This document shows, in pieces, positions 51,503 through 63,487 of a stretch of DNA of 64,000 bases (the stretch's first letter is position 1; each line of letters starts with the position of its first letter). The notes beneath the pieces were generated by a model, which was not told the origin of the DNA, did no database searches, and worked only from the letters and a program-made list of their open reading frames with translations. The DNA is from Octopus bimaculoides (taxonomy: Eukaryota). The stretch lies in contig NC_068988.1 of NCBI RefSeq assembly GCF_001194135.2, forward strand, positions 50,312,595-50,376,594, read 5' to 3'. The position numbers and the translations under genes are program-made.

Positions 51503-52559
51503 ATTTACTGAAGCAGATTTTTCTATGGTTGGAGACCCTCCCTGTCACCAACCCTTACCTGATTCCAAGCAAAGTAATATTTCCCCATAGCCAGACATGC
51601 TTTGCTCAATGTTGGAAATGACATTCTTTTATAAAGTTCACATGATATCGAGACAAAGCGACACAAACATACACATGTTCCCCCACCTCTCTCTCATATC
51701 TATAAGACGGGCTTCTTTCAGTCTCCACCTACCAAATCCACTTGCAATGTTTTGGTTATCCTAGGGCTATAGTAGAAGACACTTGCCCAAGGTGTCCTGC
51801 AGTGGGACTTGAACCTGAAACCATGTGATTGGAAGCAAACTTTATTCTACAGCCACAGCCATGCCGATCAATCTTCATAAAGGTATGCTAACCATTAATA
51901 GTTAACCTTCACGTATGTATATCATCATCATTTCACATCGTCTTTCCATATATATATATATATATATATAATTATCATCATCATCATCATTTAACATCCA
52001 CCTTCTGTGCTGGCATGGGTTGGGCTGCTGAAATATATAAATATAAAAGACTATTAGTAATAGTCTTCATACACATGCTAGCAGGTGGTGGTAGTAATCT
52101 TCATTATGATGACACTAGCCAACATCTTTTATTCCTTGACCTATCAACATCTTGGTGAAACTTTATATAGTGTATAGAGAAACAATCTAACTCAAGTTAT
52201 TAAAAGAAAAATATTCAGACAAAATCTTTTGTATCAGTTGGTCAATTTATCATGTATAAATATATTTCTACAGTTCATTGATCATGACACCTGTCATTTC
52301 CAGGCCATTTCTTTGAATGTGTAAATTCTGCTTACTCTTACCAGTGTCCTTCCATTTCTCTCTCTCTCTTCCTTGCAGAATTTGTACATCACACATACAT
52401 TACCTAATGATATACGCATCTGAACAAATACAATTGGAGACAAAAATGACAATTTGAGGCACAATGTTATTGCTATCACACTAACCTGGTCAAATGAGCA
52501 ACTTTGTTTCAATTTCCCAGTAGAAACTTAATACAACTATCTTTGAAATTGTATTTACA

Positions 52560-52614
<55 letters not shown>

Positions 52615-52621
52615 ACAGTGA

Positions 52622-52985
52622 AGGTGCATAGCTCAGTGGTTAGTGTGTTGAGCTTACAATCATGAGGTTGTGAGTTTGATTCCCAGACCAGGTTGCATGG
52701 TATATTCTTGAGCAAGACACTTTATTTCACATTGCTTCAGTTTCCTCAGCTGTAGAAATGGGTAGTGACATCACTGGTGCCAAGCTGTATCGGCCTTTGC
52801 CTTTCTCTTCAATAACATCGGTGGTGTTGAGAGGAGAGGCTGGTATACATGGGTGACTGCTGGTCTTCCATACAAAAAAACAACCCTAGGTGGTACATTC
52901 GCCGGTGAGGCAACTTTCCGCCCAGACTTGTGTCCTGGAGGGGAACCCCTTAGGTGCATCCATGGTCATTTGTGACCGACGGAGT
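52622..52985 (+). mobile_element. tRNA-derived SINE family B, full length
   Basis: Head ggtgcatagctcagtggttag...gagtttgattccc with A and B boxes. A 3' fragment also lies at about 39505-39570. Confidence 0.85.
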
Positions 52986-52991
52986 TGAGAG

Positions 52992-53023
<32 letters not shown>

Positions 53024-53231
53024 TAAATATTATTAACTACGTATACTTAATGTATAAGCTTTGTGTATTTTCTGGTTGCCTCAATAGCGTGGTGGAGTAT
53101 ATACATCTTTGATAGTATGTAGTCAATAATATTTTTAAGTACTGGAATCGATTCATTCAACTAAATACTCTTCAAGGCAGTGCTCCAGTATGGCCACAGT
53201 CTAATAACTAAAACAAGTAAAGGATAAAAGG

Positions 53232-53263
<32 letters not shown>

Positions 53264-56036
53264 AGAAAAAGAAAACAGATAAATTGAGATATAGACATCA
53301 ATTTATTAGAACGTATTTAATTCCAAATAAAAAATTCTCTTAGCACCTACAATTGTTTCCTTGCCCAATTAATTCAATTTGAGAAATTAAATTAAAGGGA
53401 ACTTGGATACTGACATCCCTTTAAGAGGATTTTATATCCTTGATTTAATTATATATATATAGGTAGAGAGAGAGAGAGAGAAAGATAGCTAGACAGACAG
53501 ACAGACAGACATGCACACTTTTACATTATTCTAGGTTGTGAAATTGGAAAAGAGATATTTTCATATAATTGAATTGCTTTATATTCAGTAGGATAAAACA
53601 AACTTCTAGGTCTGAAGGTCACCTTTGAGTGTTTTCACCAACACTTTGACGGTATAATTTACCTATTTAGCATTAAGGTCTGAAATAGTGATTGTATCCA
53701 AATATTCCTGCAAAAACCTTATAGAATTTAGTATCAATGTCATAACAAATTAAATGCTATAGCATTATACTTGCTTTTCAAGAAACCTGTATGAAAATCT
53801 ATTTGCATGATTTTATTATTTGATAGAGTATTTGAATTCTCTCCTTTCTCCCACACCAAAAGACCTACAAAATGATTTGCTTAAAAACCTTCCCTTCCTA
53901 TTTATTGCATGTCCTCTGATTTTGAAATAATCTATGAAGATGGATTATATTGAATGGATATTGAATTGTGAATTCCTTTATGCTATCTTGTTTTGTTGTG
54001 CTTTTTCTTTTCTTTATTGATTTTTTTTTCAAATCGTTTCTTTTTTATCTGTGTGCCTTACATAATGTGTCTTTTGTTGTTAGAATTTTTAATTAAGATA
54101 AGTAATTTTCTGATTGTAATCATTATTGTAATAATATTTTGTAGATCAAAACATTCTTTTGAAATGCTGTCAACACTTAATAATATCATTACTGTTAACT
54201 TTGCCATCAGTTTTATCCTCATCATCTTCACAACTCCACAGACTCATAGACAGCATCACCTGCAATAGGATTGCCAGGCTCCTTTTTACTTAATGTCTAT
54301 TCACCACCTAGAATATTACAAGAGTGCTTGCAAATGGTTGAATTAACAGATATTTCCAACCCACATCAATATAGAAAGAAAAGTAATGTTAATATCAGTT
54401 GCTGCCTTTTCATCTCTATAGGGTTAAATTGTGCATCATACTGTAATATCTGTCCAAATCACCTTCAGTTGTCTTGCTAAACTTAACTGCTGCAGTTAGT
54501 GAAGAGGAGAGAGAGAGAGTGCAGGACTTGTCACACAGCAAGTCTATCATTATAAATAGACAGATTGAACCATTAGCAATGTTTGTCAGAGATGACATGA
54601 CATCAATCTATCAATTCTTGAGACAGCTCGCAAATGTGAATCAATTTAGTTTGCTATAGACACTACATGCACTTCTTATCATTGTAATAACACTGATACT
54701 TCTTGTTATTGTGTAGCTGCAGTTGTATTTCAGCAGAGCCATGTCACAATAGCTCAGAGGTCCTTTAAGTTATATTATATTAACCATATCTCTATCTAGT
54801 TTGGTCTGACACAAACACAGTAATAATAGCTTACCATCATTTTCACTTCTCTGTTACCTTTTTACACAAGATTCTCAGGAATTGTTACAAAACCATTACT
54901 TTCTACAAGATTCTGCAAAATGCTTTTATTTTTCGTTTTGTTTATCTTGAATCTGATTTTACTGTAACCTCCAATATTCTAAGCTATTAATTAATCATAA
55001 CAAATTACTGTCCATAACCAGTTCTTGTCCTGGAAAGCATTGAAATTAACTTTTTTTTTTCCTTATCTATTTCTGGTTAATTGGCCAGTAAATTATAAAC
55101 ATATAATAGCTGATCAGTTGATGAACCAGAGAATGAATATTACTAGCACTATTATGTATGGTTTATTGGTACCTTTATAGGTTTGTATCTATGTTTGTAT
55201 ATGATTCGGACTGGTACAAAATTACTACATTAATCAAATCAGATGGAGCAGAAAGTATTTATTGTATTTCTATTAATTGTTGTACAGCTCTTCAATTCTA
55301 AACTCAGGTTGAACACATATGACTGGAGATGCTGTTTATCGGTTAGAAAACATTTGCTGAATAAAGTTCTCATTTCTCGTTCCTTCTCCAAACCATTAGA
55401 ATTCTCTTCTTCTCATGACACATGAAATAATTCCATTTTATATAAAGTTTAATCAATTATTTATTGATCTGTATAGTCTAACATTTCGTTTCGCAAGTTG
55501 AGGTAAGAACAGATGAGTTTTATCTAAACTTTTGCAAACAATGGAGTTGAGTGACCCTATTCTAAGCCTGCAGTCCTCAAAAGCACAGCATATCCTTTAC
55601 AAACATGTAGTGGAGTAAACAGAGAAATTGAAGTTGTATTACTGAAGACTCCTCCAAAACAGCCCCCAAAGAATTCTGCATAGTATTATGGTCACTGCCA
55701 ATAATTTCTCAGAATTTAACTTGAAAATATCATTTAAATTTCTGTATACTGTAACATATTATTAACTTCAAATTTTTTTGGTTTCTGCTTATTAGATAGT
55801 AATTAAACAGCTTCTAAATATGAAAACATTACATCTTAAATTATTTCCAAATACTTTTCCATGTATTTTTAATTATGTTATGAAATTAATTTATTAATAA
55901 TTTTTTTTAAACCAATGTTTGTTTTGGTTTATTTTTTTTCTCGGTAATCTATTAGATTTGTAAATTAATCATGTTTTATCATCTGACTTGCATGTTTCAT
56001 TTCCAATTATCCACATCTCTCTTCTTTGTTTTCTAG

Positions 56037-56117
56037 ACTCTGCCCCAACATTTCCAAAATCTCAGGTGGCTAAAGTCGGTGATACAGTAGAGCTAATGTG
56101 CTCAAAAGAAGAGTTTG
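56037..56117 (+). CDS. Coding exon 4: Ig domain N-terminal part (DSAPTFPKSQVAKVGDTVELMCSKEEF)
   Basis: Acceptor cttctttgttttctag, donor TTG|gtatgt, 81 nt, phase 1-1, G-x-T-V-x-L-x-C Ig strand B pattern. Confidence 0.9.
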
Positions 56118-56506
56118 GTATGTCACATAAGGAAATTTTTCCAATACTTTCTAATAATGTATATTATTTTGTTATGATGCCTTTCCCCCTCCCTTTTAAT
56201 ACTTAGATCCAAAGCTGTTGCTTACTGACTGGAGAATGAACAATTAAGATACTATCTGTCAGTCTCTCAGTTAATCTAACTGAATTAGTAGGCAATAAAA
56301 CAACAAAATTTCTTGAGTGGTTTACTAGATACCATTGCTTTGCTCAACTCCTTCATCATCATCATCATCATCATCGTTTAACGTCTGCTTTCCATGCTAG
56401 CATGGGTTGGACGATTTGACTGAGGACTGGTGAAACCGGATGGCAACACCAGCCTCCAATCTGATTTGGCAGAGTTTCTACAGTTGGATGCCCTTCCTAA
56501 CGCCAA

Positions 56507-56722
56507 ATTCAGATTATTCTGTCAAATGTAATGTTTATTTATTCAGGTAGTTTTGAATTAATCAGGCATTGCCTCATACCTTTGAGATTTCTATGATGTA
56601 ATTGTTTATTTTTTTAAATGACGTTGTAGTGTAGGTGTGAGAGGCTGTATCTGGTCGGTTTGAATATAAAACAGTTAAAAAATTTGGGCTGGATATGGTT
56701 GGTTTAAATGCTAAAGGGTTAA
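56507..56722. mobile_element. piggyBac-like MITE (copy 2, opposite orientation, one end truncated by an RTE tail)
   Basis: Colinear with the reverse complement of copy 1; ends aatgctaaagggttaa. Confidence 0.75.
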
Positions 56723-56947
56723 ATCTTCTATGTTCTGAAGGTTCTCTCTCCCAAAGTCAAAAATGTTGATCACATGTTGATTGATTGATACTGTTGAAAT
56801 AAAACCAAACAGTTATTTTTGTAAAATTGAGGGATTGGCAATTTTAATTTAGAATCTTGTTGCCAGTGGAAATATTCCAAAGATAAATCTCATAAACTCC
56901 CTAGTGACAATTCATTAATTGTTATTGTTGTCTGTTTTCTTCCTTAG

Positions 56948-57139
56948 GTGACTCTGCTATACAGCTCCTAGCAAGAATCAAATGGTCTAAAGTTGATGGA
57001 AAACTACCGAATAGAGCCAAAATTGAAAGAAATAAACTCATTATACAGAAAGCATCTTTGAAAGATGCTGGCATTTACTGCTGTACTATCACACTTGGAA
57101 CAAAGTCTTTCCAGTCCAAAATTACACTCAATATCACAT
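56948..57139 (+). CDS. Coding exon 5: Ig domain remainder (GDSAIQLLARIKWSKVDGKLPNRAKIERNKLIIQKASLKDAGIYCCTITLGTKSFQSKITLNIT)
   Basis: Acceptor ttttcttccttag, donor CAT|gtaagt, 192 nt, phase 1-1, conserved Trp and D-x-G-x-Y-x-C. Confidence 0.93.
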
Positions 57140-58515
57140 GTAAGTTTATCGTTCACTCATTTACAAAGCTGGGGAATTATATTCTAAATCAATGGTTATC
57201 CCATTGTTTGTATCCTTCATGTTACACACAGTCATTTCAATTCTATTATTCCATAGAAGTCATATGTGTTTTCTTGCCCGAGCTGCAATAACAACAACAA
57301 CAACGATACCAGGAATAATATTATTAAAATTAGTTAAGATGTATCACTTAATTTGTGATGATTTCTACCATTGTGATGTACCCACACATTTGTCTACAAG
57401 AAATATTTTTGATTGGTTCAATTGTTGGTACTTATTTCATCAACCTTGGTGGAATGAAAAACAAAATCATCCCAAGTAGAATTTTAACTCCACCATTCTG
57501 AATTAAATCGTGACAATGTACCAAAATAGATTTACAATTACAACAACCCACTTATTTTTGACACAGGTAGAAGAGAACTAAGTCCAGCTGCATAAGTTCC
57601 TCAAAATTTAATTTCTGCTTATCCATACTAGTATCAGTTTGGTAGGTTTGCTATACACCATATTACCTGCTCAAGTCCAGTCTTTTGTCATCTCCTCTAT
57701 CAGTAACCGGAGATCTCAGCTTCATTGTTTCCATACTGTAAGTGCACTACACACACAACACACACATTTTCCCCTCAGTATTCACAATCTATTTGGATCA
57801 AATGTCTATATTGATACAGTCTCCTCTCCTAGGATTGAATTAAATAGAATTCTCTGAGCTTTAAACTAGTTACTGTAGTCTCAAAACACTTGAAGTTTTT
57901 AAGGTGACAGTAATATAGATAACTTGTATTTGGGGTGGTATTTGTACAGAATGTTCACTGATAATGTTAGATAATATTGATGTTCATGGTAGTTTCTATG
58001 TATACATCTATGCAGCATTAAAATAATGCATTGGTTTTAAATGACTAATAGTGGTATTAAAGAAAGTGTAATGGAAGAGGTATCTAACATCAATAGTTGA
58101 GGAAATAAATGTCTAAACTATAGATTATGATGATGCATTGGGAATTAAAGATTATGAAGTGAAACCCATCTACAGCCATTGTTAATTATTTCTGTTTAAA
58201 CCTATGCGGTCATTGTAATAAATTGAGATTAAACTCGTCACAGCGATCATGATATGTTATACAAAGTTTGTGTTTTTTTTTTTCAATCATCCCTGCAGAG
58301 GAAATGACAGACGCTACTTTTATGTAATGTTTGGAAGGTATTTTAAATGTTTTATCACATTGTATGTAATCAAGTGTTTTAGGCCATGCTGTCTATTTTT
58401 ATTGTCGTCCTGTTGGATAATCACTGCTTCAGTGTTCATAGAGATATGAGTTGTCTCCCTTGGATGATCTAAGGGAAATAACTTATTCTTTCCACCAATA
58501 CATTTTCTTTTTTAG

Positions 58516-58890
58516 CGTCATCACATAGACCCCCACATTTACCCGAAACTACCACCGTTCCATCAACCACAACAACTACCACCACTAGAAGACCAATTCC
58601 TGTACATACTACAAAAAAGCGTCCAGAACCGTCCACTGTAAGTTCCACGACAACAAAAAGAACTACTACCACTACAACTCGATCAACAACAACCCCAAGA
58701 CCAAAGAGTACCAGCCGCAAGTATAATATAAGAACGAAAAGCGTCACGACCCAAACTACTACACCATACAGACTAATTTCTACAACATATCGAGCCAAAA
58801 AGTGCCCAGAGAAAACTGTTGATGGAATATGGTGGCCTACTGTGCATTCTGGGGTTGTGAGTGAACGACCTTGCCCAGGGGTTAAAGTTG
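58516..58890 (+). CDS. Coding exon 6: Thr/Ser/Pro-rich mucin-like stalk plus first half of HRM (CPEKTVDGIWWPTVHSGVVSERPCPGVKV)
   Basis: Acceptor ttttcttttttag ending 58515, open frame for 375 nt, donor TTG|gtgagc, phase 1-1. Confidence 0.92.
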
Positions 58891-60031
58891 GTGAGCTATT
58901 GTTCTTATTCTCATGAGGAAACTTCTATCCACTTTCTCAATTTAGCAGTCATGTCATAATTACTAAATATTCTACTGTATATTAAGTTTTCAAATATGTC
59001 CACTCTAAATTTTTAGATGTCAATGCAGCATTTCACTTTAAGCAACCAGCAATATAAAAACTGTCTGGCTGATGTAATGTGTTTATTAACACATTTACAA
59101 TTACACTTGTTAAATCTTTTATAAAATGTTAAAGTAGCCCCCAGAATCCGTACCTTTTAGGATAGAAATGGCTACGTCTCTAGTGCTACTTACTATCAAT
59201 TTGATTTACTCAAAAACTGACTGAGAATTACACAACAGCAATTGGTGTGTTTTAAAAACCTCTTCATTATTTGTACAGGCTCACTTCAACTTACGTTGGT
59301 GTTAGGTTCCAAGATATACAACTTAACTTGAAAAATGATATGACAGGGGAAAGACATTTTAAAAATGTTCTTTTATATGTTTTTAATGAATGTTTTGTAC
59401 ATATTTTCACGTGTTTTATTTGATTTTCTACTTCAGTATTAGTTTTTAGATTTTTTTTTTTTTTTTCATTTTTACACTTTTAAATATGTTCAATGAGTCA
59501 GGTTAAATCAGATAAATCAACTGAAATTTAGGTTTACTTTTTCTATTACTTTCTGTAGAACAAAGTGACATAAGTTAAAAAAAAAAAAAAAAATCAGAAA
59601 AAAACCCCAACTCAAAACAACGTAAGCTGAGATATACCTGTATATTCATTTAGTACAGTTCATTGCTTAAGCAGCAACAATGAGCAGTTTTCCAAAATCA
59701 TACATGCTGTTCAGATAGATGAAAATCCCTGTGGGAGTTATTGTTATTATTATACAACAATATATTTACAAGAGTAACTAGTTTGTGAACTTTTTTGTAT
59801 ATTACTGTGGACATTATGATGGTAAAGCATCTGTGGGGATATCAATAAAATTAAATCTATTCACTAATCCTGAACAATGTGATGGAAAAGAAACAAAATC
59901 TGGTTCTTTTTGCATCACATTGAAAGAATTTTAAGAAGTTTTACACAACAGGAAAGAACGGTAAATATTTTAATGATACTTGTAAAATATATATGTATAT
60001 ATATGTTAATATTTTTAATTGTTTCTCATAG

Positions 60032-60129
60032 GAATCGCTAGATGGCAATGTGGGGAAAGTCATTGGATTCGACCAGCTCCTAACTACACTGATTGTGTGG
60101 CACCATGGCTGCAAGATATTGCAAATAAT
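60032..60129 (+). CDS. Coding exon 7: second half of HRM (GIARWQCGESHWIRPAPNYTDCVAPWLQDIANN); alternative in-frame donor at 60154
   Basis: Acceptor gtttctcatag, donor AAT|gtacgt at 60130, phase 1 to 0. Confidence 0.9.
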
Positions 60130-60780
60130 GTACGTGACACGTTAAAATCTGATGTACGTGAAACTTCAGGTTTTTATTTAAATCTATCTAACATGCATGC
60201 TCTTGCGCACTGACATACTCACAAGCATCTGCTTTTCTCTCCTCAACACTAATATGTGAACTCAACTATTAATTTCACCTAACCCATCATCTTGTACTAA
60301 CATAAAAGACCCACTTTCTAATCCTGTTCAAGATACACATTTTGATCCACTTTCTTTGCAAATGTGTGTTTTTATGTATAGAAACACACCTATGCATACA
60401 CAGAATAACAACTCCTCTCCCACACTCTTCTTCTTCAACCTATTTGTCCACATTAACACTTGCTTATACCTGTGTAACATAGACGCTTTTTTTGCTTCTA
60501 CTTCCAAACTGTGCTTGAAAATCAACATTAATCCATATCAAACTTGTCCTTTCTATGCCTATCTGACCAAAGCTATTGAAACAGTAGTAATACTGATGTA
60601 TATACATGCAATCGTGTGTGCACACACATACATATATGCAAGCACATGTACACAACACATGCAGGAGAGACAGACAGTGAGATAAATAGACACAGACAGA
60701 TAGATAAAACAGTCATATCGCAGGCTGAAATTAAGGAATTGTTGAAGTCTGCTTCTATGAAATTTAAAGAACTTCATTAT

Positions 60781-61165
60781 AGGCATAGGAGTGGCTGTGT
60801 GGTAAATAGCTTGTTTACCAACCACATGGTTCTGGGTTCATTCCCACTGCATGGCACCTTGGGCAAGTGTCTTCTACTATAGCCTCGGGCCGACCAAAGC
60901 CTTGTGAGTGGATTTGGTAGATGGAAACTGAAAGAAGTCCGTCGTGTGTGTGTATGTCTGTGTGTCTGTGTTTGTCCCCTTAACGTCGCTTGACAACCGA
61001 TGGTGGTGTGTTTACGTCCTCGTAACTTAGCGGTTCGGCAAAAGAGACCAATAGAATAAGTACTAGGCATCCAAGGAATAAGTCATGGGGTCGATTTGCT
61101 TGACTAAAGGCGGTGCTCCAGCATGGCTGCAGTCAAATGACTGAAACAAGTAAAAAAGAAAAAAA
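60781..61165 (+). mobile_element. SINE family A, full length
   Basis: Near-consensus copy. Further partial copies at about 11290-11560, 17320-17460, 22615-22800, 23560-23670, 25920-26110, 30400-30530 and 40730-40900. Confidence 0.9.
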
Positions 61166-61282
61166 GTATAGTCAAATAGTCAATCTAGCTTCAGAAAACA
61201 TTACATTGTCCTGGCACTCACTTTCATTTGGTTTTAATTTAATTTTATTTAAATTTTAATTTTAAATCTTTTTTGTTTTTAG

Positions 61283-61465
61283 GTAAATGGTACTCAACCT
61301 CAAACATCCATGGGCAACCTTTCAAAACATATGAAAGCTTCTTATCTTGGTTCTGGTGATATTATAAAAACTACGAAAGAGATTATTCCAGGCCTTACCA
61401 GAATACTACAGAGAGAAGTTGAGCATACGAAGCATAAAATGAAACTGGTGACAAATTTTACTGAG
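61283..61465 (+). CDS. Coding exon 8: GAIN subdomain A (VNGTQPQTSMGNLSKHMKASYLGSGDIIKTTKEIIPGLTRILQREVEHTKHKMKLVTNFTE)
   Basis: Acceptor ttttgtttttag, donor GAG|gtaatt, 183 nt open, phase 0-0, GDI motif typical of latrophilin GAIN helices. Not in the ORF track. Confidence 0.9.
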
Positions 61466-61469
61466 GTAA

Positions 61470-61677
61470 TTAATCTTTTAACAATATAATGCTCATTTAT
61501 TCACATTGTTTTGTGTTAATCGTTTATTTTCTCTTAGCTTTGAGATTTCAGTGATGTTATTAATTTTTAGAGTGACATTTTGGGGGTAGGTGTGAGGGGC
61601 TAGATCTGGTCAATTTGAGCATATGGCAGGTAGAATATTTGAGCTGGATCTGACTAGTTTAAATGCTATAGGGTTAA
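61470..61677. mobile_element. piggyBac-like MITE (copy 3) starting at +5 of the exon 8 donor
   Basis: ttaa-tcttttaaca ... aatgctatagggttaa; the interior is colinear with copy 2. Confidence 0.7.
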
Positions 61678-61924
61678 ACAATATTGCCTTCTTACTTTTA
61701 TATTGACTGCCATACAAGTTTGTATGTATGATTTAGGTGGTGGACTACTGAGAGTCATGCTTACAAACTTTATATCAAATATGGTATTTGTATCTCAGCA
61801 AAGCACATTACTTTATTCAACCTTAGTATGCTTGAATGACAGTGAGATATAAAATAAGCAGCAGGCATAGACTATTACACTGCCCTTGTCCTCTACACTA
61901 AACTATTGTATATTAGCCTGTACA

Positions 61925-62480
61925 ACATCATATACCAGAACTGTGGATCTTTGGATCATGTCTAGTCATTCAGCTCACTGCATATGTATCATAGGTCTTA
62001 TTCAATCAGAACTACTTTTTTAACTGCTTCGTTGGGGAGGAATGAGATGAGCAGTATGTTCAGCTTTTTATTTTTTACAATGCCTCTGAGATGACCAAAC
62101 AGTCTGAACTGATACTCCTGAATCACACAAGCAACAGGACGTATCCCAGTTTCTGAGTATATTAAGAGCCCAGACAGTCTCCAAGTCTCACAACAATAGA
62201 GCAAGTCTGGGAGGAGACCTGCAGACTTGAACCTTTCTTTTCCTTCTCAGATATCAGTTTGGTCATGTTGCTTGCATTAAGAAGTTGGAACCTGCATATC
62301 ATGTTCTTTTCTCTTGAGGATCTGGTTGGGGTGATGATGGCTCATGTTGGTTGGCCACATGCTACATGGTCACAGTGGGCTAGGAACTATCTTACAGAGA
62401 GGGGGACTGACTGGGACAACCCAAATACCAACAAACAGTGGATGCAGCAGTACACTGCAGCAGCACGTCTCCATTTTTTA
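61925..62480. mobile_element. Rearranged RTE-like LINE remnants in both orientations
   Basis: Minus strand LLYCCETW...ETGIRPVACVIQEYQFRLFGH (62020-62210); plus strand FGHVA...GWPHATW (62255-62480). Confidence 0.55.
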
Positions 62481-63303
62481 TCTCACCTCTAAGATGCCTG
62501 AATACTTAAAACACTGAGTCTACTAAAGGCACCCAAGTAGCAAGTGATAGTTAAGATGACAAATTACATCTACCATCCAGTAATTCAGAATGCAAAGAGC
62601 AGGGACAAAATATTGCAAGGTTTCTTGTCCAGTGCTCTCACCCGCCATTGATCCAGTGCTTCCCAACTGTTCAATTTATTTTATCAACCCTAAAATGATG
62701 AAAGCTAAGTTAACTTTGGTGTGATTTGACCTCAGAATGCAGGGAGCTGGAACAAATACTACCAGGTATTTTGTTTTATGCTCTTATGACTTTTCGATTT
62801 ATCACCTTTTGGGTTACACAACAGTGGCAACAGGGTCCACTCCTCTTCTCACTTTAATGGTTAGTAGTAGTAGTAGTAGTACATTTCTCTAGATGTATAC
62901 AAAATGATGGAAATATCAAAGCATTGGACCAAATTCTTTACCATGTTTACTTTCGTCCTCCTATATTCTGAATTCAAATACCTCATGGATCAATCAGCCT
63001 TGCTTTTCATCTTTCTAGGGATGATAATATAATTCAGAATGATCAGGAGTCAGTTAAATTAACTATACCCTAAATGAGTGAGTTGACAAAAATGGTAGAG
63101 GACTGGATCGAAGATACTACAGCTTTTAGTTTCAATTCTTTGAGTCCTGAGTTCAATTCCCATTAAAGTCAATCTTTCTATTCATTCTTTTGAAATCTTT
63201 CTTGCTTTTCTCTTCTTTTTTTTATACGTTATATGGCTTTTCTTACTCTTGATTGATAAAGATGTTTTGTGCTAAAAATTTTGACAAATTATTTACTCTA
63301 CAG

Positions 63304-63487
63304 GGATTCCTCAGTGTCGGCAGTACTATGCTACAGGAAAACCAGAAAGGAGGATGGGAAGAAATGCCACCATTTGAACGTTCCAGTGTAGCAACAAATT
63401 TGGCTTACACTATGAAGACAACAGCTTTTAAAATGGCTTCACTGCTGACCATGCAATCTCAAATAGAGATAGCTACAGATAATATTG
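63304..63487 (+). CDS. Coding exon 9: GAIN (GFLSVGSTMLQENQKGGWEEMPPFERSSVATNLAYTMKTTAFKMASLLTMQSQIEIATDNI)
   Basis: Acceptor tttactctacag, donor TTG|gtaagc, 184 nt, phase 0 to 1. S.LL....W..M....R...AT.L pattern of adhesion-GPCR GAIN helices. Confidence 0.92.

Larger units (their letters stand above)
20445..63487 (+). other. ADGRL/Cirl-like: Latrophilin/Cirl-like adhesion GPCR gene, 5' part (signal peptide-SUEL lectin-Ig-Thr-rich stalk-HRM-GAIN); continues beyond the window
   Basis: Ten AG/GT-bounded exons join in one frame (phases 1,2,1,1,1,1,0,0,1), giving about 495 codons with either lectin exon 3. Motifs: ANYGR and DPC.GT.KYL (SUEL/RBL), DAGIYC (Ig), CP...GIWWP...PCP...G.ARW.C...W...PN.TDC (HRM), SGDI (GAIN subdomain A). 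Family assignment is from domain order; orthology not tested. Confidence 0.9.

Noticed and set aside
58527-58529. Alternative acceptor catag for the stalk exon
   Set aside because: It lies 13 nt downstream of the 58515 acceptor and is out of frame with the phase-1 Ig donor.
60167-60175. Third donor cag|gttttt
   Set aside because: Poor consensus and phase 1, incompatible with the phase-0 exon at 61283.
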